From positions 2,404 to 66,403 of the IMG/VR virus record IMGVR_UViG_3300021579_000001: DNA of 64,000 bases, one strand, 5' to 3'. The stretch's first letter is position 1, and each line of letters opens with the position of its first letter. Of the stretch, positions 24,633 through 33,820 are shown in pieces. Made by a program: the position numbers and the translations under genes. The notes below the pieces were generated by a model, which was given only the letters and a program-made list of their open reading frames with translations, searched no databases and was not told the DNA's origin. This DNA is from a virus.

Positions 24633-25229
24633 TTAATCCCGTACAGAATCCCTAAACTTAGGGTCAGTTAGCTTTTTAAGGATTGCCCGCTCATCTTGGT
24701 CTAGGCAGTACTCAGAAGCAATTCGAGCCAAACCATAGGCATCTGCCGCGTTGTTGTCGGTCAGCTCTACTCCATATTTTTTGTACACATTAAGCAACAT
24801 CACGTCTTTTGTGGCAGTACCTTTTCCACTAACAAACTTTTTTAGTGTCATTGGAGGAACCTGCAGGGGAGTGCGAAGTAGCTGGTTGGGGTGAGTAGGT
24901 CCGAAGACAGTAAACAGGGTGAGCTTTACTACGCCAGCGAGTTCTCCTAGAACGGTAGCTGCTTGGCTATGAAGGACTGAGCCCTCCATAGCAATGTCGT
25001 AAACATCGTTAACGTTACCTTCTAAGAAGTCAAACTTAGAAGCAACCCACTCTGAAATGTCTGCTAGTCGTTGAACGCCTCGGTAGGGGGATGAATACAC
25101 CCATGTTTCGTGATTTTCAGGACGAGCAATCTCAACTGCGGACATTGCAAACCCTGTCAGGGATTGGTCAATCCCAATCCCCACAGGTACTCCTGGGGTT
25201 AGACCACCATCAAAAACTTTTTCAGACAT
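24633..25229 (-). CDS. ruvC: RuvC-like Holliday junction resolvase
   Basis: GIDQSLTG, IAMEG, P-x-TLKKFVSG-x-G-x-A-x-K, DNNAADA; start moved to 25229. Confidence 0.88.
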   Translation of the reverse strand: MSEKVFDGGLTPGVPVGIGIDQSLTGFAMSAVEIARPENHETWVYSSPYRGVQRLADISEWVASKFDFLEGNVNDVYDIAMEGSVLHSQAATVLGELAGVVKLTLFTVFGPTHPNQLLRTPLQVPPMTLKKFVSGKGTATKDVMLLNVYKKYGVELTDNNAADAYGLARIASEYCLDQDERAILKKLTDPKFRDSVRD

Positions 25230-25767
25230 TTTCAGGAACCTTAAGGTCAGCCATATCATGTAGCTCTGCGATGGGCACTGCGTAGTTTCCTACACCATAC
25301 GGCATCATGTGGCGAATGTCTGCGCACTCACTTCCTCGCATCCACCCAACTGCACGGAAAGCTGGGGCTTTGTACCCATCGGCAGGATTACGTCGGGTCT
25401 TTTGCTCAGGCCCACCCACGATAAGAATGTACGTTTCATCAGGGCTATCCACACCATCCTTATACCGCAAAGACCACTTAGGATATCCAGGAATGTCTTT
25501 TGTAAAAGAGTATCGCACCTCAAAACCTGGGATGTCTAGCTTGTTTTTAAAGGTGTTTACGTGTGGCTCAAAGTCATTCATGCCAAGCATACGGGCAGCC
25601 GCAATCTCAGAAGCTGCACAAATCATGTGCTGCCAAGCTTCCCAAATGTCTCCTTCACTGTAGTTACGGTTACGCTCAGGTTGACCAAGCATAGGAAGTT
25701 GACGTTCCCAGCCTACCCTTGCTGCTAGGGCCTCTTCTTCGGCAGTCAGTTGATAAATCCAGCTCAT
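25222..25767 (-). CDS. Hypothetical protein, possibly PD-(D/E)xK-like
   Basis: G/A-x-x-x-E-x-AAA...D...EVR pattern, weak. Confidence 0.6.
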   Translation of the reverse strand: MSWIYQLTAEEEALAARVGWERQLPMLGQPERNRNYSEGDIWEAWQHMICAASEIAAARMLGMNDFEPHVNTFKNKLDIPGFEVRYSFTKDIPGYPKWSLRYKDGVDSPDETYILIVGGPEQKTRRNPADGYKAPAFRAVGWMRGSECADIRHMMPYGVGNYAVPIAELHDMADLKVPENV

Positions 25768-26315
25768 GACCAGGCCGACATAGATGACATTAGGATGTTG
25801 ACTTTTGCAGAAAGCTGGTGCAAAGTTCCACGGTTTCCGATTACGTAGTCCGCCTCATAGTTAGCGAGTTGGTGTTCAGACACGTGAGAGTTGGCTGGCC
25901 CAATGTTAGGCTTGGTTACCCTGATTATGATGCCCCCTCGGTTCTTAATAGCGGCTACTTCATGCAGAAATCGAACATCTGGAATAACTAGGTCTTTAAT
26001 TCCAGAGGCGTTTTTGAAAGTCATGTCAACCCACAGGTTTTTGCCGAACATACGCTGACCAACTTCAGTTCCCATGCGCTGTAGCAGACCTCGAATCTCG
26101 GGACTTCCTGCCTTAATCTCATCCCAAGTCAAAGTGTCAATCAACTGGGAAAGGTGTGTGTGCGTACCATTGAAAGAAACAATAGGGTCTAGAGCAACTA
26201 GTGCTTCCCTGATAGGGTCTGCAAAAGACATTTTCTGAAAGTCGTAGTCTTTAACGAGAAAGTTAGCAATGGTGTCTTTGCCACTGCGCGCAGGGCCGAT
26301 AATCCCGATTAGCAT
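25764..26315 (-). CDS. Deoxynucleoside monophosphate kinase
   Basis: IGIIGPARSGKDT, FADP, R-x-LLQ-x-MGTE, IPDVRF-x-x-E. Confidence 0.92.
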   Translation of the reverse strand: MLIGIIGPARSGKDTIANFLVKDYDFQKMSFADPIREALVALDPIVSFNGTHTHLSQLIDTLTWDEIKAGSPEIRGLLQRMGTEVGQRMFGKNLWVDMTFKNASGIKDLVIPDVRFLHEVAAIKNRGGIIIRVTKPNIGPANSHVSEHQLANYEADYVIGNRGTLHQLSAKVNILMSSMSAWS

Positions 26316-26773
26316 TAGAACGCATCCTTCCTGAATGTGCGTGAGTCATTAGAGCGTCGTGTGATTTCACGGCTTACTAGCGATAGGTCACGTTCGTAGT
26401 TTTGCAAAAGCATTTCCACGAGTTTTCGATATGCGTACTTTTCTTCGTACTCAACATCTAAGTCATGAATGTCTTGGTTAGCAGCAATCTCCGCCTTGAT
26501 GGCGGTGACCCTCTCGCCCTTTACCTGAGCTCCCATGCGTTTTACCATCATGGTGTTTTCTAGGTATTCCTTCTTCTTCAGCAAAGACCGCTCTTCCAGC
26601 TGGGCTAGTGTGAGCTGAGAGTTAATGTAGTCAGTCCAAGAAGTTAGGCGAGTAAACAACCCGCCAAGTTCTTCAGAGCCAATAGAGGTGATGTCTTGAG
26701 GAAGAGTTACTTGGTCGTCTTCGGGCTTAGCGAATCGTAAACCCCAACTGTTGAACTTTTCTACTGCGCTCAT
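26315..26773 (-). CDS. Coiled-coil protein, possibly UvsY-like recombination mediator
   Basis: Long heptad helices, C-terminal SREITRR; located in recombination cluster. Confidence 0.5.
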   Translation of the reverse strand: MSAVEKFNSWGLRFAKPEDDQVTLPQDITSIGSEELGGLFTRLTSWTDYINSQLTLAQLEERSLLKKKEYLENTMMVKRMGAQVKGERVTAIKAEIAANQDIHDLDVEYEEKYAYRKLVEMLLQNYERDLSLVSREITRRSNDSRTFRKDAF

Positions 26774-27621
26774 TAGTCCTCCTTGTATGGGGCGCACTGC
26801 TTGCAGACTCCGCCTGGTACGTTGTTACATTTAGGTGCCACGCCCTCAGCAAGAGCATCAACTACAAACTGTGCTCCCTCGAAGATGTGAGCCACTAGTT
26901 CGTAGTCCGCACGAATCGGAGGGAACTCACGGATAGACTGGTCCGCCTTTAGTTCATATAAGAAAGTAATCTCGTGAACTTCGTGACCCATACGACGCAT
27001 AAGCTCTAGATACATTTGACCTTGCAAAATGTGAGAGCCGAATGGGCGCTTGATAAGCTTCCATGCTTCCATGAAATCTCCGTTAGCTTCCTGCATTAGC
27101 TGCGGAGCTTCAGAGCGAATAGTTCCTGGACCCACTGACTTAATCTCGATTAGGGTGTCTGCACCGATACCTTTAATCCAGCCGTCAGTGTGTCCAGCAA
27201 TACGTAGGTCATTATCAACCAAGGTGACTTCATCGTAGATGAGTTTGCTAGAAGGGGCGTCACAAGCCATGCAGTTTGAAGGGCTAGTTCCCCAAGTAAC
27301 ACGGTCACAAACTAGGCACTTAAATTTGCCATGAAGAACTCCCATTTCTTGGAAGTACTTTTGCCATTTTGCGTGAATAGCATGGCCTTCATCAAAGATA
27401 CTCTGCAGACGCAGTGGTGGCTTTTCAGCAACTTTAGTGTGCCCTTTTAGCAGAAAGTATGAGGCTCGCTTGCACCAGTCGCGCTTAATAATTTCAGAGG
27501 GGTGCAGCACGGTGGTGCTGCGGTCACCCACTGGACGAGCAAGCAAGTAACGCTCGACGTCTCCTAAAAGCCTAGTTGGTTTTGCCTTAGCATCAAGAAA
27601 CTTTTTTAGGTCCGATACCAT
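26773..27621 (-). CDS. Cas4-like PD-(D/E)xK exonuclease
   Basis: HPSE...C, G-x-AIH, GHTDG...IEIKS, Q-x-Q-x-Y, C-terminal C...CxxC. Confidence 0.85.
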   Translation of the reverse strand: MVSDLKKFLDAKAKPTRLLGDVERYLLARPVGDRSTTVLHPSEIIKRDWCKRASYFLLKGHTKVAEKPPLRLQSIFDEGHAIHAKWQKYFQEMGVLHGKFKCLVCDRVTWGTSPSNCMACDAPSSKLIYDEVTLVDNDLRIAGHTDGWIKGIGADTLIEIKSVGPGTIRSEAPQLMQEANGDFMEAWKLIKRPFGSHILQGQMYLELMRRMGHEVHEITFLYELKADQSIREFPPIRADYELVAHIFEGAQFVVDALAEGVAPKCNNVPGGVCKQCAPYKED

Positions 27622-27961
27622 CTTGTTCTCCCGTGTCTAATTGAAAGATGTACTCTTTCAATGTCATTTGTGTTCTGTATTTTCTTTGCCATTTTCTGAC
27701 TAAAGCGTTTCTCTCTCGATGAGACATCCCGCCCCAGATTCCATAAGGCTCTTCGGTTTGGACTGCTTCCCAAAGACAGTCAAGTCTGACAGGGCACGGT
27801 AGAGTGTTACCGTCTCCTTTACAGTAGCTCTTTGCTTCTGCAGCAATCTTGCTGTAAAGGGCCTTGTCTCTTGGTGGGAAGAAAATGTCGGGGTCTTCGA
27901 CTCCGTCACATTCTGCCAAATAGCGCCAAGATTGGTCATCGTTCTGAAAGAGGTTTAGCAA
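27593..27961 (-). CDS. whiB: WhiB-family transcription factor
   Basis: W...A-x-C...DPDIFFP...AK-x-x-C...CPVR-x-x-CL...GIWGGMS-x-RER. Confidence 0.92.
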   Translation of the reverse strand: MLNLFQNDDQSWRYLAECDGVEDPDIFFPPRDKALYSKIAAEAKSYCKGDGNTLPCPVRLDCLWEAVQTEEPYGIWGGMSHRERNALVRKWQRKYRTQMTLKEYIFQLDTGEQDGIGPKKVS

Positions 27962-28265
27962 GTTTTTCCCGTATCTCTAAGAAATCTGTTTCTAGTAAAA
28001 GAACATAGTCCTCACCATCAAGGTGAATTCCAAATACGGGTGTGCGACCATCCATGATGGCTTCGTTAGTTATTTTTTTCAATTCAGCAGAGGTAATAGT
28101 TTTAGACTTCTTACCTGTCCACTTGTGTTCTACCAGTAAGTCATCGCTCCGCACATCTCCTTTGCGGGACCAAAAAGCCCCAGAAGCAGCATTGACTTGC
28201 CCTCCAATTGCTTTAGCAATTCGACGCTCATGCTTCTGGGACTGCTTTTGGCCTTCTGACTTCAT
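27936..28265 (-). CDS. Hjc-like (PD-(D/E)xK) Holliday junction resolvase
   Basis: HERRIAK, SGA...KGDV...LVEHKWT. Confidence 0.8.
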   Translation of the reverse strand: MKSEGQKQSQKHERRIAKAIGGQVNAASGAFWSRKGDVRSDDLLVEHKWTGKKSKTITSAELKKITNEAIMDGRTPVFGIHLDGEDYVLLLETDFLEIREKLAKPLSER

Positions 28266-28492
28266 TAAATCTGTGCGCCCTTAACAACCGTACGTACAGA
28301 CTCTGCCATAGAAATAGCCACTGGTGGATAGCCATTATCTAAAGTTACAGGAGCAAACAGTTCCTCGAAACGACGTAGAAGTTCAATACGAAGCTCTTCC
28401 GCACCTTCTTCACGAAGTTCTTGGCGCATTGACTCTTCGTACTGTTCGTACGCTTCGTGGTTAACGCTCAACTCACTCATCTTGCTCATCAT
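28265..28492 (-). CDS. Hypothetical protein
   Basis: Start moved to 28492 behind AGGAG. Confidence 0.7.
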   Translation of the reverse strand: MMSKMSELSVNHEAYEQYEESMRQELREEGAEELRIELLRRFEELFAPVTLDNGYPPVAISMAESVRTVVKGAQI

Positions 28493-29531
28493 TGTCTCCT
28501 TCTGAGAAAACCATTTTTGCGGATAGAACTTCATTGCGAAGCTCTTGGAACAAGTCTACATCTTCACGTACCGAGTTAGCAAATGCTTCACTGCCATTCC
28601 ACTTGCGGTCTTTGTAGTAAATCCAGCCACCTTTTCGGTCAACTACCTGCTGAATGATAGACAAGGCAACAACTTCTTTAGCGGTGTCAAAGTCTCCTGG
28701 GGAGTAGATGCTATGTTCTTTGAAGTAGAAGTCCACAGAAGCTACCTGATAAGGTGGCGCAGTTTTGTTCTTAACCGTCTTCATAATAATCTGCTGACCT
28801 ACACGCTTTTCGTTTTCTCCTGAGCCTGCCTTAATCCAGTCTTTACGACGAACCTCGGTGCGGGTGAAGTAGGCGTAGTCTTTGCCCTGTCCACCTGGAG
28901 TCGTACGTGGGTCTCCGTGCATTACACCAATCTTCATACGGTACTGATTGATGATGATGCCTAGGATAGGGCGTTCCGATTCTGTAAGGCTACGCTTGAT
29001 AGCAGCACCTGCTTTACGGAAAAACTTGTTGGTTAGAAGAGCGCCACGACCTACAGTCATTTCATCCATGCTCTTCTCGTCTTCTGGCCCTGGGATTAGC
29101 GCAGGAAGAGAGTCAATTACAATAGCGTCAATAGACCGCGACTCAGCGAATGCGATTACCGCATCGTAGGCTTCTTCCATGATGTTGGTCTCAATGACGA
29201 TTACTCGGGAAGTGTCTACACCACAAAACTCGGCATACTCTGGAACCCACTGCTCAGCAGCAACCCACACAGCGATGAACTCTGAGTTGATGCTCTGGTT
29301 GGCAGCAATAGTTTTAAGGGCCAAGGCCGTCTTACCGTGGCTTGGCTCTCCCACAAGTTCGTTCCATTGGTTTGCGGGGAACCCACCGCCCAGGATGTAG
29401 TCGTAGGTAGTCGAGCCTGTAGTAAACCGCTGAAGAAGGTCTGCGCGGATACTTTCCCCAACTACTACCGCCTCATGGCCCAACTTCTTGTTGATTTGTG
29501 CCATGATTTTTTTAGCTTCTAGGTTAATCAT
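28473..29531 (-). CDS. recA: RecA/UvsX recombinase
   Basis: TGS...D-x-ILGGG-x-P, GEPSHGKT, IVIDS, INQ-x-R-x-KIGVM-x-G-x-P-x-TTPGG, KNKTAPP. Confidence 0.96.
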   Translation of the reverse strand: MINLEAKKIMAQINKKLGHEAVVVGESIRADLLQRFTTGSTTYDYILGGGFPANQWNELVGEPSHGKTALALKTIAANQSINSEFIAVWVAAEQWVPEYAEFCGVDTSRVIVIETNIMEEAYDAVIAFAESRSIDAIVIDSLPALIPGPEDEKSMDEMTVGRGALLTNKFFRKAGAAIKRSLTESERPILGIIINQYRMKIGVMHGDPRTTPGGQGKDYAYFTRTEVRRKDWIKAGSGENEKRVGQQIIMKTVKNKTAPPYQVASVDFYFKEHSIYSPGDFDTAKEVVALSIIQQVVDRKGGWIYYKDRKWNGSEAFANSVREDVDLFQELRNEVLSAKMVFSEGDNDEQDE

Positions 29532-29724
29532 TATGCTCCTTCTTTAGGTCTTCTAGAAGAACATCTGCGATGTCCTCCAACAAACTGGCGTCTTTCTCGC
29601 CCTCTTCTCCTGCAACACTGCGCAGGTCTTGGGCAACAGACTTCATAAAGTCTGTGGTGTGGTAGATTCCATCGTTGAACCCTACCTCATAGTGGCGCTT
29701 CAAGTCTTCCTGGAATCCATCCAT
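29524..29724 (-). CDS. Hypothetical protein
   Basis: Coupled ORF. Confidence 0.7.
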   Translation of the reverse strand: MDGFQEDLKRHYEVGFNDGIYHTTDFMKSVAQDLRSVAGEEGEKDASLLEDIADVLLEDLKKEHND

Positions 29725-30122
29725 TACTGAACCCTCGCAATCGCTTCGCTAGCACTAGAGATAGGGTTCCAGTTATTGGTAGCGTCGTTTCCTAGCGCAG
29801 GTTGCGTAGCGCCTTCAACATGCGCACCAGCGAGGCCACCGTAACGCGAGCCTGACTGCTGAATGGGATACCCACAGTCGTAACAGCGGAATGAAGTTTG
29901 AGCCGTAGCAGCAAAGTAGTTCCCCGACCCGCAGTCAGGACACGTAGCAACACTTTTAGCGGACTGCGCTTTTGACTCGGATGTTTGCGGCTGTTGAAAC
30001 GCAGGCATCGGAGTCATTGGTAGCTGTGACGGTGGGGTTGGCAGGTTTGGCTGCCGATTAGGCTGAGGGGTAGGTACAGGTGGAGTGTTTAGTTTTTTTG
30101 CCCACCAGTCTGCGTTATTCAT
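29724..30122 (-). CDS. Pro-rich Zn-ribbon protein
   Basis: CPDC...CYDC. Confidence 0.75.
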   Translation of the reverse strand: MNNADWWAKKLNTPPVPTPQPNRQPNLPTPPSQLPMTPMPAFQQPQTSESKAQSAKSVATCPDCGSGNYFAATAQTSFRCYDCGYPIQQSGSRYGGLAGAHVEGATQPALGNDATNNWNPISSASEAIARVQ

Positions 30123-30532
30123 CGTTTATCCTTTATTGGTGCGAGTAGACCCATGTCGATTAACTGTGAAACTGCTCCGACAAGTGCAGAAAAAGCGAAC
30201 TCTTCCATCATCTTCTTGCTTTGCAGCCAAACCTCGTCAGCTACTCCTTGAAGTTCCTCAGGAAGGTTTTTTTGCTGAAAGGTAGTGGTTCCTTCCGCTA
30301 GGGTTTTTGCATAAGCAAAAAGTAGCGGAATAAGGAAAGACACCCGCTCAACACGGGTATCGCTCTCCTGCTCTTCGTGCTCAGCGACTTCGTCACTAAC
30401 TACTGAGCAACCAAGTAGGTAACTGATTTCATGTGCATTCTGAATCTGTGAGTCTAGGATAAACCCACGAGTTCGTTTTGACATGTCTGCCATAGTTAGC
30501 GCAGGGCGCTTACGCGTTTTCTTTTTAAACAT
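30119..30532 (-). CDS. Hypothetical protein
   Basis: Coupled ORF. Confidence 0.75.
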   Translation of the reverse strand: MFKKKTRKRPALTMADMSKRTRGFILDSQIQNAHEISYLLGCSVVSDEVAEHEEQESDTRVERVSFLIPLLFAYAKTLAEGTTTFQQKNLPEELQGVADEVWLQSKKMMEEFAFSALVGAVSQLIDMGLLAPIKDKR

Positions 30533-32535
30533 TATTTAGCCTGACCCCATTTGTCTACGATGTATACTTCTGCTTTTAATGGTACTCGTATTTGTGGCAA
30601 ATTGATACCCTCCATAGACTCCCGAATAGCGTCAGCAACTTCTTCTGCACGGTCTTCAGGGCAGATGGTGACCAACTCATCGTGAACAGTGAGGACCACG
30701 TTGATGTCGGGCTCATTGATGAAGCAGGAGTGAGCACGAACAATCGCTAGCTTCATAATGTCCGCAGCTGAACCCTGAATCATGGTGTTAAACGCTTGGC
30801 GCTCAGCACGTGACAACAGCCCCTGTTCTTTAGACAGTAGGTCTGGGATGTAGCGCCTACGTCCGAACAAAGTTTCCACATAAGGTAGCGGTGACTTATT
30901 ACGGGCTAAACGGATAACGCTGTTCTTGTATTTAGAGATAGTCGCAAACTCTGTTTCAAAACGAGTAAGAAGTGCCTTAGCTTCTTTTACAGTACAACCG
31001 ATAGACGAAGCAATCTTGTCAGGACCAACACCGTAAGAGATGGCTAGAACAAGCACCTTACCCGCTTTGCGGTCAACACCCATGGTGTCACCGATTGTGG
31101 TGTAGATGTCCCCACCAGTTAGGTAGTTATCTACAAGCACAGGGTCGTTGGCTAAAGACGCAATGACACGAGGTTCAATCTGCGAGTAGTCCGCCACTAC
31201 TAACTTGTGACCTGGAGGAGCCACAAACAAGTTGCGAACCAACTTACCATAGTCGCCTGATGATGGGATGTTCTGCAAGTTAGGCTCAGAAGAACTTAGA
31301 CGACCAGTTTCAGCACCATGAGATTTGAAGTTAGTGTGCACACGCCCATTGATAAGCAACGAACGTTTTTCGATAAGAGTCTTCTTACCGTTGGTCTCAC
31401 GCTCAACCATACCGCCAGTGTATGGGGTAACGTAAGTGGTCATTAGCTTGTTTAAGTCGGAATACTCCAGAAGAGCATCCACAAGAGCGTCTTTTCCGCG
31501 ATAGAAATCTAGTGCGTCTGCTGCCACTGAGAAATGAGTATGGTTCAGTTCGCCCTTACTACGGTAAACCTGACGTCCCTTATCAGTGAGAGTATTACCA
31601 AACTTAGGATTCATGGGTAGGCGAGGACGAGCCTCAGGGCTGGAAACTCCATAAAGCAGGCGTTGCTTGGTAGGAACCGAGTTAATCGCAAATGGCTCTC
31701 CTGCTACCTTGAATGCTTTAGCCTTAGCCGCCTCTTTGTCGTTACCAATTTGCTCTGCTAGAATGGCCAACTGTTCTTGGTCGATGTACGCACCAACAAG
31801 CTCCATGTCGGATAGCGCAGCTAGTACATCCATCTCTAGACGCCATACACGACGTAGGTTACCCATAATCTTACGGTCAAGAACCTTGTACAGTTCCCAA
31901 GTAAGCTGAGAGTCAATACCAGAGTAGTTGGCTACATCTGTAAAAGAGTGCAAAGCAACATTCTCTCCGATGCCCTTAGACATGTCTACGCCAAGCTCAC
32001 GCTCAACACACGCCTTGAGACCCAAAGAGTTTTTGTTCATGTTGTTGGTAATCATCGCAGCGGTCAGTGTGTCAAAGTATGGCTTACTAGGAATTTTTCC
32101 ACCGTAGTATTTAGCAATCGACTTGAGGTCAAACTTTGCATTGTGAGCAATCTTTAGCGCAGGACCAAACAACAGAGGTTCGATGGCGTCAAATACTTGT
32201 CGTGGGGTAAGCTGCGCTGGAGGTTCTGAGAACTTAGCTACCCACTTCTTTTCGTCTTTAGAGTAGTGAGTGTCTTGAAGTTCTTTACCCTCGGCAAGAC
32301 GGCGCTGACCAACAATCAGCAGGGGCTTACTCCATGAGTCAAACTCACCGTTAGGGTGTCCCATAGGGATAACGTCTGTGCGCCCCTCGGTAGCAAAAGA
32401 AATCCAGCAAACGTCATTGATTACTGGGTAAAGGCGGTTTTCACCAATGGTCTCAACGTCAAACGCAAATGCGTCAACGGAGCTGTAAAAAGAAACAAAC
32501 TCTTCGAGCTGTTCTTTAGTAGTAATAATGTTCAT
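30532..32535 (-). CDS. polA: Family A DNA polymerase (3'-5' exonuclease plus polymerase), Leu at position 762
   Basis: FDVET, HNAKFD, Y-x3-D exo motifs; RLSS-x-x-PNLQNIP, ADYSQIEPR, K-x3-L-x3-YG, TVHDE; start moved to 32535. Confidence 0.96.
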   Translation of the reverse strand: MNIITTKEQLEEFVSFYSSVDAFAFDVETIGENRLYPVINDVCWISFATEGRTDVIPMGHPNGEFDSWSKPLLIVGQRRLAEGKELQDTHYSKDEKKWVAKFSEPPAQLTPRQVFDAIEPLLFGPALKIAHNAKFDLKSIAKYYGGKIPSKPYFDTLTAAMITNNMNKNSLGLKACVERELGVDMSKGIGENVALHSFTDVANYSGIDSQLTWELYKVLDRKIMGNLRRVWRLEMDVLAALSDMELVGAYIDQEQLAILAEQIGNDKEAAKAKAFKVAGEPFAINSVPTKQRLLYGVSSPEARPRLPMNPKFGNTLTDKGRQVYRSKGELNHTHFSVAADALDFYRGKDALVDALLEYSDLNKLMTTYVTPYTGGMVERETNGKKTLIEKRSLLINGRVHTNFKSHGAETGRLSSSEPNLQNIPSSGDYGKLVRNLFVAPPGHKLVVADYSQIEPRVIASLANDPVLVDNYLTGGDIYTTIGDTMGVDRKAGKVLVLAISYGVGPDKIASSIGCTVKEAKALLTRFETEFATISKYKNSVIRLARNKSPLPYVETLFGRRRYIPDLLSKEQGLLSRAERQAFNTMIQGSAADIMKLAIVRAHSCFINEPDINVVLTVHDELVTICPEDRAEEVADAIRESMEGINLPQIRVPLKAEVYIVDKWGQAK

Positions 32536-32558
32536 TATGCGCCTCGCAAAAATTAAGA

Positions 32559-32610
32559 GTGGGAGACCAGGACAGAAGGGAGTAAGAACCTGGTCTCCCA
32601 CATGGGGGAT
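32559..32610 (-). promoter_or_regulatory. Hairpin/attenuator in polA leader
   Basis: GTGGG(G)AGACCAGG / CCTGGTCTCCCAC stem with U-rich tail; overlapping alternative TCCCC-ACATG-GGGGA hairpin. Confidence 0.55.
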
Positions 32611-32613
32611 GGA

Positions 32614-33273
32614 CTAAGAAACTAGTCCACGTGCGATGGTCAGCAATTCCTCGCGAGGCGTGAGAGTAATTACTGATTCTTCGTAACGCACAGCTTGAGC
32701 AACAAGGTCAGCCACATCATCAGGGTCAATCTCGAACTCTTCAGCAAGGTCGGTGGCACGTACACGCTCTAGGGTGTACTGAGTGTCACGGCCCATACCA
32801 AGGCGCTTGATTTCCCAGAAGTAGCGAGTTAGAGGACCCTTCTTAGGGTCATCGTTTGCTGCTTGAAGAAGTTTTGCAAGAGTTGGAACAGCAACCATTA
32901 CCTGTACGGTAGGCTCCTCTTCGTTCAACACGAGCACGTTGAATGCGAACTTAGGGCGTGGCTTGTCACCAGCGATAGTGCAGAGTGGGCAGTCGCCACC
33001 TGTACATACGAATGAACGACGACCTTCAGTGCGGTCAATCCAGTGTTCTTCGTAGACCTTGAAAGGACCATCGTCAAGGAAGCGGACAAGAACGCCCTGC
33101 TCTGAGAACTTCAAAAATGAAGCGTACTTGCTGTCTGAGGTTGAAGACTTCTTCTTTAGGAAGATGTCTGCAGCAGCCCATCCAGCCTGAACTGTAGTAC
33201 CGTGCTTTGGTTCTGCAGCTGGCTCATCATCAATCAAATAAGCGTCTGCGTCAATAATCGGGCGGTTAATCAT
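32614..33273 (-). CDS. T4 gp32-like ssDNA-binding protein
   Basis: VRFLDD, H-W...C-x4-CPLC Zn site, FAFNV, K-R-x-G-x-G-x-DT-x-Y. Confidence 0.8.
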   Translation of the reverse strand: MINRPIIDADAYLIDDEPAAEPKHGTTVQAGWAAADIFLKKKSSTSDSKYASFLKFSEQGVLVRFLDDGPFKVYEEHWIDRTEGRRSFVCTGGDCPLCTIAGDKPRPKFAFNVLVLNEEEPTVQVMVAVPTLAKLLQAANDDPKKGPLTRYFWEIKRLGMGRDTQYTLERVRATDLAEEFEIDPDDVADLVAQAVRYEESVITLTPREELLTIARGLVS

Positions 33274-33322
33274 AATGCGGTGGTTCTTTCTCTGTGGGGA
33301 CTTACGTCCAGTTAGTCGGAGG

Positions 33323-33811
33323 TCAGTTCTGACTCTCGTTTGACACGATTTCTTTCCACCGTGCTACAAGCACACGGGTTAGGTCTTCGTGGTATTTCCA
33401 TTCTACACGAGCTGAACCCAAAAGTCCACGACGTGCGAATTCTTCTACGATACTTTCAATAAATGGGCGAGTGTATACGCGGTTTCCGTTTACTGTTTTA
33501 CCGTTCAGTTCCTTTGACCGAAGTCGGTAAGGGGCTGTTGGGATGTATCCGTTCTTTTCCCAAAGACGAACTGTTACTACTTGCTTATCCAAAGCGTGAG
33601 CTAAGGCGCTAATAGTAAACAGTTCCATCTCTTTTCCTCTGAAGGTCTTGATGATGGGGGCTGTGTCCCAACCGTTAGACTCTCCAAAAGACTGTTTACG
33701 TTTTTTCTCAGCAACAGGGTTGTCTTCACGACGCTTCTGCTTAGAGCCTGGAACAAAATCTAGCCCGTCAAAAGCTCTAAGAATGTCTTCGTCGCTGCGT
33801 AGCCCTGGCAT
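33323..33811 (-). CDS. MerR-type HTH DNA-binding protein
   Basis: FTISALA-x-AL...TVRLWEK-x-G-x-IP...G-x-R-x-YT. Confidence 0.8.
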   Translation of the reverse strand: MPGLRSDEDILRAFDGLDFVPGSKQKRREDNPVAEKKRKQSFGESNGWDTAPIIKTFRGKEMELFTISALAHALDKQVVTVRLWEKNGYIPTAPYRLRSKELNGKTVNGNRVYTRPFIESIVEEFARRGLLGSARVEWKYHEDLTRVLVARWKEIVSNESQN

Positions 33812-33820
33812 GTCTTGCTC

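Noticed and set aside
26773-27621. Cas4-like gene as evidence of a CRISPR-Cas system
   Set aside because: No repeats/spacers or other cas genes; standalone Cas4-like exonucleases are common in phage recombination modules
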